NCBI RefSeq assembly: GCF_054482525.1
Contig: NZ_CM137006.1
Length of the DNA: 64,000 nt
Strand: one strand, 5' to 3'
Part shown: positions 59,835-64,000 of the stretch, piece by piece
How the letters are laid out: each line of letters starts with the position of its first letter
Numbering within the stretch: the stretch's first letter is position 1
Position numbers and translations under genes: made by a program
The notes under the pieces: model-generated
Database searches by the model: none
What the model was told of the DNA's origin: nothing
Seen by the model: only the letters and a program-made list of their open reading frames with translations

Positions 59835-61154
59835 ATGGATATCTGCTCCCGAAACGAGAAATTAGCGATTAGAAGACCAGCGGTACTGGTTGCACTGGCA
59901 CTTTTACTGTGTAGTTGCAAAAGCACGCCTCCAGAGTCAATGGTGACACCACCAACAGGTTCGAAGCCACCAGCTACGACGCAACAATCGTCACAACCGA
60001 TGCGTGGCATCTGGCTGGCTACGGTGTCTCGCCTCGACTGGCCACCGGTTTCCTCGGTTAACATTAGTAACCCCACCAGCCGGGCCCGTGTACAACAACA
60101 GGCGATGATCGACAAACTGGATCATCTGCAACGTCTCGGCATAAACACGGTCTTTTTCCAGGTCAAGCCGGACGGTACCGCCCTGTGGCCATCGAAAATT
60201 TTGCCGTGGTCCGATCTTATGACCGGAAAGATTGGTGAAAATCCAGGTTACGATCCGCTGCAATTTATGCTCGACGAAGCCCACAAGCGTGGGATGAAAG
60301 TACACGCCTGGTTTAACCCCTATCGCGTATCGGTTAATACGAAGCCCGGTACTATCAGGGAACTGAATAGCACTCTGTCTCAACAACCAGCGAGCGTCTA
60401 TGTGCAACACCGCGACTGGATCAGAACGTCCGGCGATCGCTTTGTCCTCGACCCGGGCATCCCTGAAGTTCAGGACTGGATCACATCAATAGTCGCGGAA
60501 GTGGTTTCCCGCTATCCGGTAGATGGCGTGCAGTTTGACGACTATTTCTATACTGAGTCACCAGGTTCACGGCTAAATGATAACGAAACGTACCGCAAAT
60601 ACGGAGGCGCATTTGCGTCAAAAGCAGACTGGCGGCGCAACAATACTCAGCAGTTAATTGCGAAGGTATCGCACACCATTAAAAGCATTAAGCCGGAAGT
60701 CGAATTTGGCGTTAGCCCGGCAGGCGTGTGGCGTAACCGATCACACGATCCGCTCGGTTCCGATACCCGAGGCGCGGCAGCCTATGACGAATCCTATGCT
60801 GACACCCGTCGATGGGTGGAACAAGGATTGCTGGATTACATTGCTCCCCAAATTTACTGGCCGTTCTCACGGAGTGCCGCGCGTTATGACGTGTTGGCAA
60901 AATGGTGGGCGGATGTCGTTAAACCGACCAGGACCCGCCTGTATATCGGTATCGCCTTCTATAAAGTGGGTGAACCTTCAAAGATAGAGCCAGACTGGAT
61001 GATTAACGGCGGCGTACCGGAACTGAAAAAACAGCTCGATCTTAACGATGCCGTGCCAGAAATTAGCGGCACAATCTTGTTCCGTGAGGACTATCTGAAT
61101 AAACCGCAGACTCAACAAGCGGTTAGCTATCTGCAAAGTCGTTGGGGCAGTTAA
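59835..61154 (+). CDS. yddW: Lipoprotein YddW (glycoside-hydrolase-like)
   Basis: 439 aa; lipobox LLLCSC; size and order match K-12 yddW. Confidence 0.8.
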   Translation: MDICSRNEKLAIRRPAVLVALALLLCSCKSTPPESMVTPPTGSKPPATTQQSSQPMRGIWLATVSRLDWPPVSSVNISNPTSRARVQQQAMIDKLDHLQRLGINTVFFQVKPDGTALWPSKILPWSDLMTGKIGENPGYDPLQFMLDEAHKRGMKVHAWFNPYRVSVNTKPGTIRELNSTLSQQPASVYVQHRDWIRTSGDRFVLDPGIPEVQDWITSIVAEVVSRYPVDGVQFDDYFYTESPGSRLNDNETYRKYGGAFASKADWRRNNTQQLIAKVSHTIKSIKPEVEFGVSPAGVWRNRSHDPLGSDTRGAAAYDESYADTRRWVEQGLLDYIAPQIYWPFSRSAARYDVLAKWWADVVKPTRTRLYIGIAFYKVGEPSKIEPDWMINGGVPELKKQLDLNDAVPEISGTILFREDYLNKPQTQQAVSYLQSRWGS

Positions 61155-61529
61155 ACTCCCATTCTTACTTTGTAACAAGCCGGTGCTTTCCCCCCGGCTT
61201 GTAACCCTCTTGAAATATCCCACTAGTAATCATGCTTACTTAAGTCAAATTAACTACGCAATTAACCACACTTAGTTAAACAGTCATAAATCCCCTAATA
61301 AAAATGTATGAATATGAAAAAACATACGATATTCGCTGTCACCGAAAAATAATTACGATGGGCTATACTCTTCTGAAGAACAGTAGCGTAGATTGAAACT
61401 GTCCTAAGTCGCTTATTTGTTTTCAGTATATCTTCATATTTCAGGAGAATATGGTGCAGTTAGTCGATCTCGCACGTTGCGTTTCGTTTTGATTCCGTCT
61501 GCTTTCCCAGCCTTATAAGGGTGTGAATT

Positions 61530-62912
61530 ATGGAGATGTATTTTAAAAGAATGAAAGATGAGTGGACCGGGCTTGTCGAACAAGCAGATCCGCTCATTCG
61601 TGCTAAAGCCGCGGAAATTGCCGTTGCGCATGCCCATTATCTGAGTATTGAGTTTTACCGAATTGTCCGTATCGACCCGCATGCCGAAGAATTCTTGAGT
61701 AATGAACAAGTTGAGCGGCAGTTGAAAAGTGCGATGGAACGCTGGATTATTAACGTGCTTTCTGCCCAGGTTGACGATGTCGAAAGGCTAATACAAATCC
61801 AGCATACCGTCGCGGAAGTGCATGCCCGCATAGGAATTCCGGTAGAAATTGTCGAGATGGGGTTTCGGGTGCTGAAAAAAATCCTCTATCCGGTCATCTT
61901 CTCTTCGGATTATTCCGCCGCAGAAAAACTTCAGGTCTACCATTTCTCTATTAACAGTATTGATATCGCTATGGAAGTGATGACCCGCGCGTTTACCTTT
62001 AGTGACAGTAGCGCCTCAAAGGAAGATGAAAACTATCGTATCTTCTCGTTACTGGAAAACGCCGAAGAAGAAAAAGAACGGCAAATAGCCTCAATACTTT
62101 CATGGGAAATAGATATTATCTATAAAGTCCTGCTGGATTCTGATTTAGGCAGTAGTTTGCCTTTAAGCCAGGCTGATTTTGGCCTGTGGTTTAACCATAA
62201 AGGTCGACATTATTTTAGCGGCATAGCCGAAGTGGGCCATATCTCCCGTCTGATTCAGGATTTTGACGGTATTTTCAATCAAACCATGCGTAATACCAGG
62301 AATTTGAATAACAGAAGTTTGCGGGTGAAATTTTTATTACAGATAAGAAATACCGTATCGCAGATTATTACCTTGCTGCGTGAATTGTTTGAAGAAGTAT
62401 CGCGCCACGAAGTCGGTATGGATGTACTGACGAAATTACTTAACCGCCGTTTCCTGCCGACTATCTTCAAACGCGAAATTGCCCATGCCAACCGGACCGG
62501 TACACCGCTGTCAGTGCTGATTATTGACGTTGATAAATTCAAAGAGATTAACGATACGTGGGGCCATAACACTGGCGATGAAATTCTGCGTAAAGTCTCT
62601 CAGGCCTTTTATGACAACGTCCGCAGTAGTGATTATGTTTTCCGCTACGGGGGCGATGAATTTATCATTGTTTTGACTGAAGCTTCTGAAAACGAAACGT
62701 TACGTACCGCAGAACGTATTCGCAGTCGGGTGGAGAAAACCAAACTGAAAGCCGCAAACGGCGAAGATATTGCCCTCTCACTTTCCATCGGTGCCGCCAT
62801 GTTTAATGGACATCCTGACTATGAGCGCCTCATTCAAATAGCCGATGAAGCTCTGTATATCGCCAAAAGACGAGGTAGAAACCGTGTTGAACTCTGGAAA
62901 GCCAGTCTTTAG
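61530..62912 (+). CDS. dosC: Globin-coupled oxygen-sensing diguanylate cyclase DosC
   Basis: 460 aa; N-terminal globin-sensor region, C-terminal GGDEF domain (RYGGDEF motif); directly upstream of dosP. Confidence 0.9.
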   Translation: MEMYFKRMKDEWTGLVEQADPLIRAKAAEIAVAHAHYLSIEFYRIVRIDPHAEEFLSNEQVERQLKSAMERWIINVLSAQVDDVERLIQIQHTVAEVHARIGIPVEIVEMGFRVLKKILYPVIFSSDYSAAEKLQVYHFSINSIDIAMEVMTRAFTFSDSSASKEDENYRIFSLLENAEEEKERQIASILSWEIDIIYKVLLDSDLGSSLPLSQADFGLWFNHKGRHYFSGIAEVGHISRLIQDFDGIFNQTMRNTRNLNNRSLRVKFLLQIRNTVSQIITLLRELFEEVSRHEVGMDVLTKLLNRRFLPTIFKREIAHANRTGTPLSVLIIDVDKFKEINDTWGHNTGDEILRKVSQAFYDNVRSSDYVFRYGGDEFIIVLTEASENETLRTAERIRSRVEKTKLKAANGEDIALSLSIGAAMFNGHPDYERLIQIADEALYIAKRRGRNRVELWKASL

Positions 62913-62936
62913 ATGCGCCAGGATGCAGAGGTAATC

Positions 62937-64000
62937 ATGAAGCTAACCGATGCGGATAATGCCGCCGATGGCATCTTTTTCCCCGCCCTTGAGCAAAATA
63001 TGATGGGCGCGGTGTTAATTAACGAAAATGATGAAGTGATGTTTTTCAACCCCGCCGCAGAGAAGCTCTGGGGATACAAACGTGAAGAAGTCATTGGCAA
63101 TAACATTGATATGCTGATTCCGCGGGATTTGCGTCCTGCGCATCCTGAATACATCCGTCACAACCGTGAAGGCGGTAAAGCGCGCGTCGAGGGGATGAGT
63201 CGTGAGCTGCAGCTGGAGAAAAAAGACGGCAGTAAAATCTGGACCCGTTTTGCGCTATCGAAAGTGAGCGCCGAGGGTAAAATTTATTACCTGGCGCTGG
63301 TACGGGATGCCAGCGTAGAAATGGCGCAAAAAGAACAGACCCGACAATTGATTATTGCCGTTGACCATCTCGACCGACCGGTGATTGTCCTCGATCCGGA
63401 ACGCCATATTGTGCAGTGCAATCGCGCATTTACCGAAATGTTTGGTTACTGCATTAGCGAAGCCAGCGGTATGCAGCCCGATACACTCCTGAACATTCCA
63501 GAATTCCCTGCTGATAACCGCATTCGTTTACAACAGTTGCTATGGAAAACCGCCCGCGATCAGGACGAATTTCTGCTGTTGACGCGCACCGGTGAAAAAA
63601 TCTGGATTAAAGCCTCTATCAGCCCGGTTTATGATGTGCTCGCGCATCTGCAGAACCTGGTAATGACTTTCTCGGATATCACCGAAGAACGGCAAATCCG
63701 CCAGCTTGAAGGCAATATTCTCGCCGCCATGTGCAGCAGCCCGCCATTTCATGAAATGGGGGAAATCATTTGTCGTAACATCGAATCTGTTCTCAACGAA
63801 TCGCATGTTTCGCTGTTCGCGCTGCGCAACGGGATGCCGATACACTGGGCGTCATCTTCGCACGGTACAGAAGTTCAAAATGCGCAAAGCTGGTCAGCGA
63901 CCATTCGTCAGCGTGATGGCGCGCCGGCGGGGATCCTGCAAATTAAAACCTCGTCAGGAGCAGAAACCAGCGCCTTTATCGAACGCGTGGCAGATATCAG
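62937..64000 (+). CDS. dosP: Oxygen-sensing c-di-GMP phosphodiesterase DosP, 5' part (runs off window end)
   Basis: Open frame from ATG 62937 to the window end with PAS-domain character (MKLTDADNAADGIFFPALEQN...); absent from the ORF track because no stop lies within the window. Confidence 0.85.
   Translation, partial: MKLTDADNAADGIFFPALEQNMMGAVLINENDEVMFFNPAAEKLWGYKREEVIGNNIDMLIPRDLRPAHPEYIRHNREGGKARVEGMSRELQLEKKDGSKIWTRFALSKVSAEGKIYYLALVRDASVEMAQKEQTRQLIIAVDHLDRPVIVLDPERHIVQCNRAFTEMFGYCISEASGMQPDTLLNIPEFPADNRIRLQQLLWKTARDQDEFLLLTRTGEKIWIKASISPVYDVLAHLQNLVMTFSDITEERQIRQLEGNILAAMCSSPPFHEMGEIICRNIESVLNESHVSLFALRNGMPIHWASSSHGTEVQNAQSWSATIRQRDGAPAGILQIKTSSGAETSAFIERVADI

Noticed and set aside
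59991-60410. 139-aa minus-strand ORF inside yddW; similarly 62279-62572 and 62909-63154 in dosC/dosP and 63540-63845 in dosP
   Set aside because: Antisense to well-supported genes; no independent support.
61175-61203. Inverted repeat ACAAGCCGG-N10-CCGGCTTGT after yddW
   Set aside because: No T-run on either side; may be a weak terminator or REP-like element, but evidence is insufficient to call a feature.

Overview
The first ~34.6 kb is a perfect head-to-tail tandem array (period 8,743 bp; three complete copies plus one cut by the left window edge) of a filamentous Ff-like inovirus prophage. Each unit carries a complete replication/morphogenesis gene set (gII/gX, gV, gVII, gIX, gVIII, gIII, gVI, gI/gXI, gIV), a divergently transcribed HTH regulator, and four small accessory genes of unknown function. 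Every internal junction carries a dif-like site with a perfect XerC arm but a displaced XerD-like arm, and the array ends at a canonical 28-bp chromosomal dif (34584-34611). No integrase is encoded, so this looks like an XerCD-dependent prophage at the replication terminus, reminiscent of the CUS-1 / Ypf-phi group (recalled from memory, not searched). The remaining ~29 kb is conserved Escherichia-type chromosome, in reverse orientation relative to K-12: a yneL-like remnant, an intact F9-type chaperone-usher fimbrial operon, ydeP, safA-ydeO, ydeN, ydeM, yddA, yddB, pqqL, gadB-gadC, yddW, dosC and the 5' part of dosP. No rRNA, tRNA, CRISPR array or transposase was seen. All homology statements are from reading the translations and from memory; no database search was run. 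The best candidates for undescribed biology are the prophage accessory genes (orf98-orf110 cassette, the 96-aa gene, orf81) and the unusual att site.
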